From Candidatus Angelobacter sp. (GTDB lineage: Bacteria > Acidobacteriota > Terriglobia > Terriglobales > Acidobacteriaceae), in assembly GCA_036496525.1 (NCBI GenBank), contig DASXKZ010000011.1:27207-91206 (forward strand): a stretch of DNA of 64,000 bases. The letters are read 5' to 3'. The position numbers and the translations under genes were made by a program. The notes beneath the pieces were generated by a model. It worked only from the letters and a program-made list of their open reading frames with translations. It did not search any database and was not told the DNA's origin. Of this stretch, positions 1 through 9,216 are shown in pieces. The stretch's first letter is position 1. Each line of letters begins with the position of its first letter.

Positions 1-196
1 GCATGCGCTGGTCAGCCAATAGCAGGGCTACGCTGTCATTCCGGACTTTCAGTTGCTTCAAAAGCTCCAAAGCTTTTTCAGGAGCATCACTCGCCAGCAC
101 CCGATATGTAGCGCCGTAATGCGAACGCAGATCGCGCTCAATGGCCCGCAGGACATCAGAATCATCGTCAATACAAAGCAAAATCGGTTTTGCCAT
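1..196 (-). CDS. Response-regulator receiver (REC) domain protein, N-terminal part only (gene runs off the window start)
   Basis: Not in the ORF track because it is truncated. Reverse translation from the ATG (complement of 194-196) gives MAKPILLCIDDDSDVLRAIERDLRSHYGATYRVLASDAPEKALELLKQLKVRNDSVALLLADQRM. This shows the acidic DDD pocket and an LLLADQRM-type phospho-acceptor Asp, as in CheY-like receivers. Confidence 0.75.
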   Translation of the reverse strand, partial: MAKPILLCIDDDSDVLRAIERDLRSHYGATYRVLASDAPEKALELLKQLKVRNDSVALLLADQRM

Positions 197-328
197 GACA
201 GCCTACAATCGTCTGAGAACGGCTTTCGTTAAACGCCCGGAAGAAACATTTAGATGCCTGACCCGAAATTTGGTCGCATTTTTGCTGCCGTTGAGCCAGG
301 AAAGCCTGAGCCATTCGTCCCGAGCAGC

Positions 329-862
329 TCAATGAGATTCAGGCAGCGTGTACTCGAATTCGTAAGAGTGCTTGCCTTCGGCAATAATGACTTTGAAATT
401 GCCGGTTATGCCTGCAAGTTGTCCTGTGCCGGAATCTGGCACTACGGTGATGATGAGCTGCGGCACACCGCGATTCATGGTTCCTGTGTGCTGCAGGATG
501 AAAGTGCCCGTGCGTCCCTTCAACGTCCCGCTGACCTTTTCGATAGCTACATATCCTGCCGAGCCCTTCACGTCAGTCATGCCGGTCAGCATCTGGCCTT
601 TGCTGGTTCCTTCCAGATCGCCATGGAATTGCTTGTCGATCGTCATCCGGCCAAGCGCAGCATCGCCGCTTTTGTCATCGGTCTGGGGCACAAGTTTTAC
701 TTCAAATGTTCCGCTGGCGTGATCCATGGCAGGCCCTTTCTGAAATGCGCTGGCAATTAGAGGATGTGTATACACCCAAGACAAGACGGCAATCGATAAA
801 CACAAAGCAATGATGGTTCCGAAGCGGCGCTGGGCTTGATCGATAAAGACAGTGTTTTTCAC
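329..862 (-). CDS. DUF3224-like protein with a hydrophobic N-terminal segment
   Basis: 177-aa ORF. The N-terminal helix is FGTIIALCLSIAVLSWVY. It is followed by GTFEVKL...FHGDLEGTSKGQML...GYVAIEKVSGTLKGRTGTFILQHTG, a pattern I recognise as DUF3224. Confidence 0.6.
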   Translation of the reverse strand: MKNTVFIDQAQRRFGTIIALCLSIAVLSWVYTHPLIASAFQKGPAMDHASGTFEVKLVPQTDDKSGDAALGRMTIDKQFHGDLEGTSKGQMLTGMTDVKGSAGYVAIEKVSGTLKGRTGTFILQHTGTMNRGVPQLIITVVPDSGTGQLAGITGNFKVIIAEGKHSYEFEYTLPESH

Positions 863-891
863 CCAAGCATTCTAGCGCAGAGTCAAGGTCG

Positions 892-1353
892 CTATTCTGA
901 AGACTGCGGACGTTTAAACACCAGGCACTTTGAGGTGAAGGAATGCACCGCTTCGCCGTTTTGGTTGAGCGTTGTGCTGCGCACCTTCACGATGGCCTGG
1001 TTCGGCTTGGACCGCGACGGCACGATTTCCAGAATCTCGCTTTCCACATGCAGCATGTCACCGGGCCGCGTCGGTTGAGGCCACGCCAGATCGCCGCCCA
1101 GGCCAATGATGCCGTTGCCGAAAGGCAGTCCACCATCCACAAGCAGACGCATGGCGACGGCGGCAGTGTGCCACCCGCTGGCTGCCAGTCCGCCAAATAC
1201 GCTGGCTCTTGCCGCGACCTCATCCAGGTGAAATGGTTGCGGGTCAAACTCTGTTGCGAATGCCTTGATCTTTGTTTCGTCCATGTGGTGAGTGCCAGAA
1301 ACGAACTTTTGGCCGACTTGCAAATCTTCCAGATACAGTCCCTGAGATTTCAT
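892..1353 (-). CDS. MaoC-like (R)-specific enoyl-CoA hydratase/dehydratase (hot-dog fold)
   Basis: 153-aa ORF with LEDLQVGQKF...FATEFDPQPFHLD...FGGLAASGWHT, typical of the MaoC dehydratase family. Confidence 0.8.
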   Translation of the reverse strand: MKSQGLYLEDLQVGQKFVSGTHHMDETKIKAFATEFDPQPFHLDEVAARASVFGGLAASGWHTAAVAMRLLVDGGLPFGNGIIGLGGDLAWPQPTRPGDMLHVESEILEIVPSRSKPNQAIVKVRSTTLNQNGEAVHSFTSKCLVFKRPQSSE

Positions 1354-1820
1354 AGCATGCTCATCGCCTTGCGCTCGAATTCACGCGCAGAAATTCCGAG
1401 CAACTCACCGAGCGCGAGACCGGAGTCATTCAAGCTTAGAGTTTGCTCATGATCGCTCACAGATAGATATTCCTTCTTGACCCTTTGATTTTCGCTATCA
1501 TTAATTCATGTATAGAACCTTAGATGTGCCTGGAAGCGATTTGATGCTAATGATGGTCAGATTTCCGGATCGCCGCTGGAGAATGCATCCGGCGAAATTT
1601 GAACACCAGAATGCAAGGAAACTGTAATTGAGTTTCGCATCATCAACTCCCGGTTGACGTCATCTGAAGTCCAATAGATTAAATCCATGTGACGCGTCCG
1701 CATTTTTATGCGATGGGTAAGGATGCGCTGGCCCTTTCCCACGCGGCGGGCCCTGTAGGTGTGATTTTAATCACATCCTGGCGAACCGTATTCTATGAAA
1801 ATACAGTATTGGATCATCCG

Positions 1821-2802
1821 ATGAATAGTAACTCCAGCCACACAAACACGTTGCAGTTGATTCTTGGCACAGGTGCATTCGCGCTGTGCTTCGCCGTTTT
1901 TGGTTCTGTTTCGGCCATGATGCCGGTGCTCAAAAAGCAGTTTCAGCTTGCCCCAGTGCAGGTCAGTATAGCCATGGCGATTCCGGTCCTGTTGGGCAGC
2001 CTGGGCCGGATTCCGCTTGGCCTTCTCGCTGACCGTTTGGGAGGCCGCAAGGTTTTTACCTGGACCATGATCTTCTCGGTTGGTGCGGCGTTGTTGATGG
2101 GCAAAGTAGAGAGTTACTCGCAGCTGCTCATATTCGGCTTCTTCACTGGAGTGGCCCTGGCCAGCTTTTCGGTAGGCGTGGCTTTTGTGAGCGGATGGTA
2201 TCCGCCGGAAAAACAGGGATTCGCCCTGGGAGTATATGGGGCCGGAAATGTAGGCCAATCTCTAGCGGCATTTGGAGCACCACTGTTGTTTGGGCTTGTT
2301 GGGTTCCGCAATACATTCTGGAGCTTCGCCGGCCTGCTGGCCGTCTGGGCTGTAATCTTTTTCTTGTTTGCAAAAGACGCCCCGCGTAATGCGCCACCAA
2401 AATCTTTTGGCCAGATGGTGCGCCCTTTAAGCGAAAAGATGAGCTGGGTGCTCAGCTTCTTTTATTTCCTTACGTTTGGCGGTTTCGTGGCCATGAGCAT
2501 TTATCTGCCGATGTTCCTTACGGACCTCTTCAAGCTCACGCCGCAAGACGCTGGATTCAGGACCGCCGGTTTTGTATTGCTGGCCACAGCAATGAGACCG
2601 ATGGGCGGCTGGTTGGCAGACAAGATTGGCGGCCTGACGATTTTGCTTTGGATCTTTCCCTTCGTCAGCGCAATGGCGTTGTTGCTGGACCTTCCAAACA
2701 ATGGTTCCGTTTACCGTCGGTGCTCTGGGAATGGCTGCTGCGATCGGCCTGGGAAATGGCGCCGTGTTACTTACAAAGAGAGACCAAATTTGCCCTCGAT
2801 GA
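1821..2802 (+). pseudogene. MFS transporter (NarK/nitrate-nitrite-porter-like), frameshifted and 3-prime truncated
   Basis: From ATG 1821 (MNSNSS...) the frame encodes consecutive MFS helices up to ...FVSAMALLL (about 2690), then becomes non-membrane text ([15 protein letters not shown]). The expected next helix, [22 protein letters not shown], lies in the +1 frame (2701-2766) and hits a stop at 2800-2802. The sequence 2767-3021 is AT-rich and not MFS-like. Confidence 0.6.
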
Positions 2803-3021
2803 AATTAATCGGAAAGATGATAGTACGATTTATGGTTCCAGTTAGATTAGCCAATGTAGAAGTACCTCATAGTCTGAGCGTTGGCACTCAGTTGATTTGT
2901 TTTAAAGATGATGGATATCAAAAGTTGCAACGCGCTCTTATCGTCCATTCGCGCTCACTCGGTATATCAAAATATTGAATCTTCCCGCAAAAGATCATAA
3001 AGCAGATTTCCACAAATAAGC

Positions 3022-4605
3022 CTACAGCGGTATATTCGCATGCTTCTTCGGCGGATTTTTGTCGCGTTTGTTCTGTAACATCTCCAGCGCATCAATCAGC
3101 TTCTTGCGCGTTTCCTGTGGACGAATCACAGCGTCAATATAGCCGCGCTCGGCGGCGACGTAAGGGCTGGCAAAGCGGTCACGGAATTCTTCTACCTTTT
3201 CATTGCGCGCCTTGGCAATGACTTCTGCTTTTTCTTTCTCCGATTTGGCCGAGAGCGCTGCGCGCTCCAGCTCGCGCTTGTAGACAATGTTCACCGCGCC
3301 CTCTGCGCCCATCACGGCGATTTCCGCCGTGGGCCACGCATAATTCACGTCAGTACGGATGTGCTTGGATGACATAACGCAGTAAGCGCCGCCATAGGCC
3401 TTGCGCGTGATTACTGTGAGCTTGGGAACAGTGGCTTCAGCAAAAGCAAACAGCAGCTTGGCGCCATGGCGAATAATGCCGCCATACTCCTGCTGAGTTC
3501 CCGGCAGAAATCCGGGGACGTCTTCAAACGTGATCAGCGGAATGTTAAAGGCGTCGCAAAAGCGCACAAAACGCGCGCCTTTTACCGATGCATTGATATC
3601 GAGCACGCCAGCTAGAAATGCCGGCTGGTTGGCTACGATTCCCACAGATCGGCCATTCAGGCGGGCAAATCCCACAACGATATTCTTTGCGTAGTGCTCA
3701 TGTACTTCAAAAAAGTAACCGTCGTCCACCACACGCGTGATCACGTCTTTCATGTCATACGGCTGGTTGGATTCCGCAGGCACCACTGTCTGTAACTCGG
3801 AATCGGCGCGATCAATTGGATCGCTACATTCGCGGCGCGGCGGATCATCGAGGTTATTGGAAGGAATAAAGCCAAACAGCTCGCGCACCATGGAAAGACA
3901 CTCGGCATCGTAATGCGCCATAAAATGCGCCACTCCGGAAGTTTCATTGTGCGTAGCTGCGCCGCCAAGCTCGTCTTTGGTGACCTCTTCATGCGTCACG
4001 GTCTTGATCACGTCCGGCCCGGTCACGAACATGTAAGAAGTTTTGTCCACCATCAGGATGAAATCGGTAATGGCCGGCGAATACACGGCACCGCCGGCGC
4101 ACGGGCCCATGATGGCGGAAATCTGTGGAATCACGCCGCTGGCCAGCGTGTTGCGCAGGAAAATATCGGCGTAACCGGCCAAGGACATCACGCCTTCCTG
4201 AATGCGCGCACCGCCGGAATCATTCAGCCCGATCACTGGTGCGCCAACCTTCATTGCGGTATCCATAATCTTTACGATCTTGCCGGCGTTGGCAGCTGAG
4301 AGAGATCCGCCGAATACGGTGAAATCCTGGGCAAAGACAAAAACCAAGCGCCCTTCGATGCGGCCATAGCCAGTAACAAAGCCGTCACCATAGACCTTGT
4401 TCTGCTCCATGCCAAAGTCCGTACAGCTATGCGTCACCATCTTGTCGAATTCCTCAAACGTGCCTTCATCCAGCAGGAATTCAATGCGCTCGCGCGCGGA
4501 CATCTTGCCTTCTTTGTGCTGGCGCTCCTGGCGTTCTTTGCCGCCTCCGGCTTCAGCCAGCGAATCACGACGCTTGAGTTCTGTAAGCTTCTGTTCCAGG
4601 TCCAT
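3022..4605 (-). CDS. Acyl-CoA carboxylase carboxyltransferase subunit (propionyl-CoA carboxylase beta / methylmalonyl-CoA carboxyltransferase family)
   Basis: 527-aa ORF. N-terminal ...[27 protein letters not shown] and [21 protein letters not shown]...[13 protein letters not shown] are hallmark carboxyltransferase motifs. Confidence 0.9.
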   Translation of the reverse strand: MDLEQKLTELKRRDSLAEAGGGKERQERQHKEGKMSARERIEFLLDEGTFEEFDKMVTHSCTDFGMEQNKVYGDGFVTGYGRIEGRLVFVFAQDFTVFGGSLSAANAGKIVKIMDTAMKVGAPVIGLNDSGGARIQEGVMSLAGYADIFLRNTLASGVIPQISAIMGPCAGGAVYSPAITDFILMVDKTSYMFVTGPDVIKTVTHEEVTKDELGGAATHNETSGVAHFMAHYDAECLSMVRELFGFIPSNNLDDPPRRECSDPIDRADSELQTVVPAESNQPYDMKDVITRVVDDGYFFEVHEHYAKNIVVGFARLNGRSVGIVANQPAFLAGVLDINASVKGARFVRFCDAFNIPLITFEDVPGFLPGTQQEYGGIIRHGAKLLFAFAEATVPKLTVITRKAYGGAYCVMSSKHIRTDVNYAWPTAEIAVMGAEGAVNIVYKRELERAALSAKSEKEKAEVIAKARNEKVEEFRDRFASPYVAAERGYIDAVIRPQETRKKLIDALEMLQNKRDKNPPKKHANIPL

Positions 4606-4753
4606 GAGAAAGAATTATAGGGTAAACCCAAACCCTGAAGTACTTATGCCTGCAAAAGCAACATCGCGAGAAAAAGAGAACTGCCCAAAAAGGCGCCGCA
4701 CTAGTGGGTTCCACGCAGAATCAGAGTAAAATCGCGATCATCAGGAGGTCGCC

Positions 4754-5749
4754 ATGCCTGAGTCGCAGAGTCCGTCACGTTCGTTCCGTCTTGGCCCGGG
4801 AATTGTTTTGATCATCCTGGCCATGCTCGCCGTTCCGGCAACCATTACTCTGCATAGAGTCCGCGATGGAGGCTCGATCACAATCACCAGCCCTGACCCC
4901 ACGCCGCACGGGTATACGTGGAGTTTGTTGCTGTTCTTTGTGCCAATCGTCGTCATCGCGATGTGGCTCGTTCCACATGAACGTATTCGGCTTCCCAAGA
5001 GTGCATTTTGGAGAACCATTGCAATCCTCGCGCCTCTAGGCTTCGCTCTGGATTTTTTCTTTGCCCACAAATTCTTTATTTTTCCTAATGGCAAGGCAAC
5101 TCTGGGAATCGGCGCGCCTGCTTTGGGCGGCGGGGTCCCAATTGAAGAATACGTTTTCTATTTCTCAGGCTTCATCGCCATACTCCTGATCTACCTTTGG
5201 CTGGACGAGTTTTGGCTTGCGGCTTACAACGTGCCGGACTATGCGGTAGAGGCAAAAAAGAATGCTCGGCTGTTGGTATTTCATCCAACATCGGCTGTAT
5301 CAGGTGTTGTGCTGCTGGCGACAGCTATTATTTACAAAAAGATGTTTTCGCCTGATCCGCTTGGGTTTCCTGGTTACTGGGCCGTGTTGGTCATAGGCGG
5401 TTTAATCCCAGCGGTGGGATTTTATCCGACTGTGAAAACACTCATCAACTGGCGCGCTTTCAGTCTTGTTTTGTTGTACGTTCTGCTGGTCAGCCTGCTC
5501 TGGGAAGCAACGCTTGCTTTGCCATACGGCTGGTGGGGTTATCAGCCGAATCAGATGCTTGGGGTATCTGTAAAAGCATGGTCGGGCCTTCCCATTGAAG
5601 CCATCTGCGTTTGGATTGCGGTAACTTATGGGACCATCATCACTTTTGAGGTGGTAAAAATTTGGCAAGCATCGAAAAAACCTGCAAGAGAAGCGTTCCT
5701 TGGCACTAAAAAGAACACTCCTAAAGCAGATGCCGCGTCAGCGATGTAG
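4754..5749 (+). CDS. Polytopic membrane protein with two lycopene-cyclase-like (CrtYc/CrtYd-type) motifs
   Basis: 331-aa ORF with SD caggaggtcgccATG and about 7-8 hydrophobic helices. Two intramembrane P-x-E motifs are present: GVPIEEYVFYFSGF and GLPIEAICVWIAV. Confidence 0.45.
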   Translation: MPESQSPSRSFRLGPGIVLIILAMLAVPATITLHRVRDGGSITITSPDPTPHGYTWSLLLFFVPIVVIAMWLVPHERIRLPKSAFWRTIAILAPLGFALDFFFAHKFFIFPNGKATLGIGAPALGGGVPIEEYVFYFSGFIAILLIYLWLDEFWLAAYNVPDYAVEAKKNARLLVFHPTSAVSGVVLLATAIIYKKMFSPDPLGFPGYWAVLVIGGLIPAVGFYPTVKTLINWRAFSLVLLYVLLVSLLWEATLALPYGWWGYQPNQMLGVSVKAWSGLPIEAICVWIAVTYGTIITFEVVKIWQASKKPAREAFLGTKKNTPKADAASAM

Positions 5750-5840
5750 AGTTTGTTCTAAATTCAGTACTGCGGGACAGAACCGTGCTGATAGCAATCT
5801 GGGGAGAAATACGATTTAAGTTGCCTGGAACTCCGCCGCA

Positions 5841-6455
5841 TCATTGAACAGTGTTGCCCGGCTCCCAACGCCAGCGCTTCCTCTTGGCTTCCCACCATAG
5901 AGCGGAATCCATTATCTGGGATTCCAGCACTTTGATCACAAAGATAGGGGGCTTCTTTTTGCTGATCAGCATTCGCCCTCGCTCAAATGTATCGAATGGA
6001 ACATTAATGAGGACGAACTTGGCCTTCGGCGTTGCAGCATGCCAGGCTTCTTTTCCAATGCCAAAGATCACCAGAACATCGTGCGACCGTTCAGTATCAG
6101 TGCCGAAGGTGGATGTCACTTTGGGATTGCCAAAGCCGAAATAGGCGTGATAAGGGTCGGCCACCTCATACTTGAATGCATACGAGTCCGGCATGGGGTC
6201 TTTGCTGTTGGCGACAATAGCGACATCTTCAACGCCGTCACCGTCAAAATCAGCGGTAATCACAGGCGTAGGAAATTTTGCCGGGATGGTAAAGGTGTCG
6301 CCAAACTGCTGCTTTACGATCGCAACAAGCTGCGCCAGATCGATGCTACTTGCGGAGGCCGCCGGCGCGGCTGGCGGCGGACTCGTCTGTGGCGATTGCG
6401 CAGTCGCCACGCATGCCGCCATCAGCAGGAATTTGCCCAGGAACTTCATGAGCAA
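5841..6455 (-). CDS. Secreted hypothetical protein with an FG-GAP/Ca-loop-like DxDGDG motif
   Basis: 204-aa ORF. Signal peptide MLMKFLGKFLLMAACVATAQ, a Pro/Ala-rich linker, then ADFDGDGVEDVAIV. Confidence 0.6.
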   Translation of the reverse strand: MLMKFLGKFLLMAACVATAQSPQTSPPPAAPAASASSIDLAQLVAIVKQQFGDTFTIPAKFPTPVITADFDGDGVEDVAIVANSKDPMPDSYAFKYEVADPYHAYFGFGNPKVTSTFGTDTERSHDVLVIFGIGKEAWHAATPKAKFVLINVPFDTFERGRMLISKKKPPIFVIKVLESQIMDSALWWEAKRKRWRWEPGNTVQ

Positions 6456-6491
6456 AGTCTACCGCTTTTGCGGCCAAAACGCGGCGCGGAA

Positions 6492-6674
6492 TTAACTGTT
6501 TGAATCCTGCTCGCCAATAGCTGCCAGGCGCTGTTTGCGGCTTAGCCATGCCTGCCAGATGGTAATGGTAGTTCCGGTAGCCAGCGCGGCGAAAAGAAGA
6601 ACCACCACCGGCAGCGGAAGGTAAAAATACATACTAAGAATCCACAGAACAAGTAAGGCCAATGTGATTAACAT
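6492..6674 (-). CDS. Small two-helix membrane protein (hypothetical)
   Basis: 60-aa ORF with two hydrophobic helices. It lies 36 bp upstream of 5841..6455 on the same strand. Confidence 0.4.
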   Translation of the reverse strand: MLITLALLVLWILSMYFYLPLPVVVLLFAALATGTTITIWQAWLSRKQRLAAIGEQDSNS

Positions 6675-6769
6675 GATTTGCCAGGTCCCTAAGGTGCGCC
6701 ATCGGACCGGCGCACTTTCAACTATCTAGGATGGAGAATGAACGCGGCGAGTTAGCCCGGAACTCAGGC

Positions 6770-8020
6770 TTATTCGATTTTTATCTGCAAACGCACATTC
6801 ACCGTTTTTTGTGGATCATCGATTTGCTCAAACATCTTCCAAACCCATTTGTGGCCGGGGACCTTGACGACTGTATTGGCAATGAACTCGTGGACATACG
6901 TAGCGTCATAGGGCGCGCCTTCGGCCAGCCTCCATATTTGCTCTAATTTGTGCGCCTGCTCCGGCTCCACGCCCTGAATTTCCAGCTTGCCCATGTGATA
7001 TAGATCGCCTTCGGTCACCTGAAACCCATAGCTGACAGTATCGTCAACAAAGGCTGGAACCGGCTTGATGATCGCCGCTTCACGCCCGAACTTGCCATAG
7101 AGCTTGCGCACTTGTGTGAGATCGCGATCCAGTTGCAGGGCGTCCACGGGGCTTCCCGGTTTTAAAGTAATGTGTTTGGCAAGCTCGTCACTGGAAATCA
7201 ATGTATTGCCTGACCAGCTAAGGCCCGCGAGCCGATATTGCTCGCCTTCAGACAGCGTCGCTTCTATCGTCACCTGGGATTTATCATCCACTTTTGGCTT
7301 GATGTCAGTAATGGCGAACTTCAGATATCCACGCTGCTGGTAGATGGGCGAAAGATTCTTTTCCAGGACCACAGCAACGTCAGAGCGCAGGTATTCCGTG
7401 CCTTTGAGCGGTTCCACCGCCTTTGCCAGCAGTTCCGGCGCCATGTGGACCGCACCTGCGAGCACGACGTCACGAACTTTCAAATTCGCGCCAGCCACCT
7501 TGAATTTGTATGCCGTGGGCGGCCCTCCAAAGTTGGCGGACATGATGTAGGAAATTTCGTTGGGCAGTCCTTTGGAGGCAAGGAACTTGGCCAGGGCCGC
7601 GGAAACATCGTCTGACATGCTGCCGGAAGTTGGCAGCTCGCCTTTAAAGAGCGGGACTGTCTGCTGCACGGCCGCCTGCAATTCCTGCTCACTGAACCAG
7701 ACAAAATTTTCAAACACTGCGGGAAGATACTTTTCCGCGTCGGTCACCTGAAAATCTGCTTCAACGCCTTTTCCCCCGACTACAGGCTTGAATAGGAACT
7801 GTACGGAGGCAAACGCGCCGCTGTTGCCCAACCGGTTGGCTGCATTTTGCAGATCATCGGCCATGACCTGTGTATTTACGGCCAAGCCTGTGGCGCGGAC
7901 AAGATCGTCTTCTCGATATCTCTGCGAGCCGGTCACCACAATGCGGGCCAAATTGAAATGGTCCGCCGCGCCAGCCATTGCAGGCAGCGAACAAGCGATA
8001 AATAAGAACAAAAGTCGCAT
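6770..8020 (-). CDS. POTRA-repeat protein (BamA-N-terminal-like) without a recognisable beta-barrel
   Basis: The start was moved to ATG 8020 (MRLLFLFIACSLPAMAGA signal peptide); the longer track ORF is an upstream open frame. IVVTGSQRYREDDLVRATGL...LGNSGAFASVQFLFKP and the repeated roughly 80-aa modules resemble POTRA domains. Confidence 0.6.
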   Translation of the reverse strand: MRLLFLFIACSLPAMAGAADHFNLARIVVTGSQRYREDDLVRATGLAVNTQVMADDLQNAANRLGNSGAFASVQFLFKPVVGGKGVEADFQVTDAEKYLPAVFENFVWFSEQELQAAVQQTVPLFKGELPTSGSMSDDVSAALAKFLASKGLPNEISYIMSANFGGPPTAYKFKVAGANLKVRDVVLAGAVHMAPELLAKAVEPLKGTEYLRSDVAVVLEKNLSPIYQQRGYLKFAITDIKPKVDDKSQVTIEATLSEGEQYRLAGLSWSGNTLISSDELAKHITLKPGSPVDALQLDRDLTQVRKLYGKFGREAAIIKPVPAFVDDTVSYGFQVTEGDLYHMGKLEIQGVEPEQAHKLEQIWRLAEGAPYDATYVHEFIANTVVKVPGHKWVWKMFEQIDDPQKTVNVRLQIKIE

Positions 8021-8147
8021 ACAGTGACGAGATATTCTGCCCTGAAAACACGTATCTTGGCTAGCTGCAAGGGCTACACCGCTCAGAACTACTGCATCAA
8101 ATCGTATAAAGCACGTAACCTGCGTATCGATTCTAAGGGCCCGAACA

Positions 8148-9062
8148 ATGAAACCACTTTCAACGTCTTTATTCTTTGCAGCAGTCCTAATTTGCGCCGG
8201 ATGCGGTGGCGTTTCCAGGGTTGTAACCAACCCACCTCCGCCCGCGGCAACGGCAGACCACGTTTTTCTTGTGGTGCTGGAAAACCACAGTTTCGGGCAA
8301 GTGATTGGCAATCCTGCCATGCCGTATTTGAACGGACTGGCCACGGCGCACAGCCTGGCAGCGGATTATTTCGCCAACGCTCATCCCTCCATCCCGAATT
8401 ACTTCATGTTGACGGCGGGAAATCTCGAAACGTTTGACGACAGCTTCACCGGCACTGTCACCGATGACAATATTGTCCATGCACTTACCGGAGCTGGAAA
8501 AACATGGAAGGCATATATCGAAAGCATTCCTTCCGTGGGGTATCTTGGGCCGGATGCGGGAACATATCTAAAACATCACAACCCGTTTTCATATCTGAGC
8601 GACGTTACCGGCTCCGCGACTCAGGCAGCGAATATGGTGCCATTCTCGCAGCTTTCCTCAGATCTTGCCGCCGGATCATTGGCAAACTTTGTTTACATTT
8701 TGCCCAACTCGCAGAATGACGCACATGATTGCCCCGGCGGCGGGACTTCATGCACATCAGACCAGCAGCTTGCCGCAGCCGATGCGTGGCTAAAAGCAAA
8801 TATCGATCCCGTCATCAACAGCCCCAAGTTCGGCAATAGCGTGCTTATCATTACGTTTGACGAATCGGTCACGACCGATGTCACAAATGGCGGCGGCCAG
8901 GTAATGACTGTGCTGGTAGGCCCGCATGTGAAGACCGGCTTTCGGTCATCCACTATGTACCAGCACCAGTCTCTGCTTCGCACGATGCTGCAATTGTTGA
9001 GCGTCAGTGACATGCCCGGCGCATCTGCGGTGGCGCCCTCCATGGGAGAGTTTTTCCAGTAG
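8148..9062 (+). CDS. Phosphoesterase-family lipoprotein (PF04185-like acid phosphatase/phospholipase C family)
   Basis: 304-aa ORF with lipobox LICAGC. Motifs: HVFLVVLENHSFGQV, HPSIPNYF, KHHNPF, NDAHDC, ITFDES. Confidence 0.75.
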   Translation: MKPLSTSLFFAAVLICAGCGGVSRVVTNPPPPAATADHVFLVVLENHSFGQVIGNPAMPYLNGLATAHSLAADYFANAHPSIPNYFMLTAGNLETFDDSFTGTVTDDNIVHALTGAGKTWKAYIESIPSVGYLGPDAGTYLKHHNPFSYLSDVTGSATQAANMVPFSQLSSDLAAGSLANFVYILPNSQNDAHDCPGGGTSCTSDQQLAAADAWLKANIDPVINSPKFGNSVLIITFDESVTTDVTNGGGQVMTVLVGPHVKTGFRSSTMYQHQSLLRTMLQLLSVSDMPGASAVAPSMGEFFQ

Positions 9063-9089
9063 CACTTTTTGTAAATGAGCCAAGTCCTG

Positions 9090-9120
9090 ACCGGCCCTCC
9101 AAGGGCCGGTTTTGCTTTTA
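9090..9120 (+). terminator. Rho-independent terminator after the first phosphoesterase gene
   Basis: accggccc-tccaa-gggccggt stem (8 bp) followed by tttgctttt. Confidence 0.7.
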
Positions 9121-9216
9121 AGGCCCAAATTAACTTGCTGGCGTGCCCATGGCATAAGACCAACATCCAGCAGCTCTGTTGCATCCAAAGTCACTGAAGT
9201 GCAGGAGAACATCCCC

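Noticed and set aside
1350-1460. 36-aa minus-strand ORF (GTG start, SD aagga) whose TGA overlaps the MaoC ATG; sequence ...LALGELLGISAREFERK looks like half of an HTH
   Set aside because: It is too short for a folded HTH domain and was not verifiable. It may be a remnant of a regulator gene or a chance frame, so it is not reported as a feature.
6770-8344. Long N-terminal extensions of track ORFs (6770..8344; likewise 32841..35018, 9112..10197, 39809..41098)
   Set aside because: The upstream parts run through intergenic or repeat sequence. Internal ATG codons are followed by classic signal peptides, so the starts were moved inward.
9072-9084. 13-nt identity taaatgagccaag shared with 11173-11185
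   Set aside because: Roughly tens of chance 13-mer coincidences are expected in 64 kb, and there is no extended similarity around the match.
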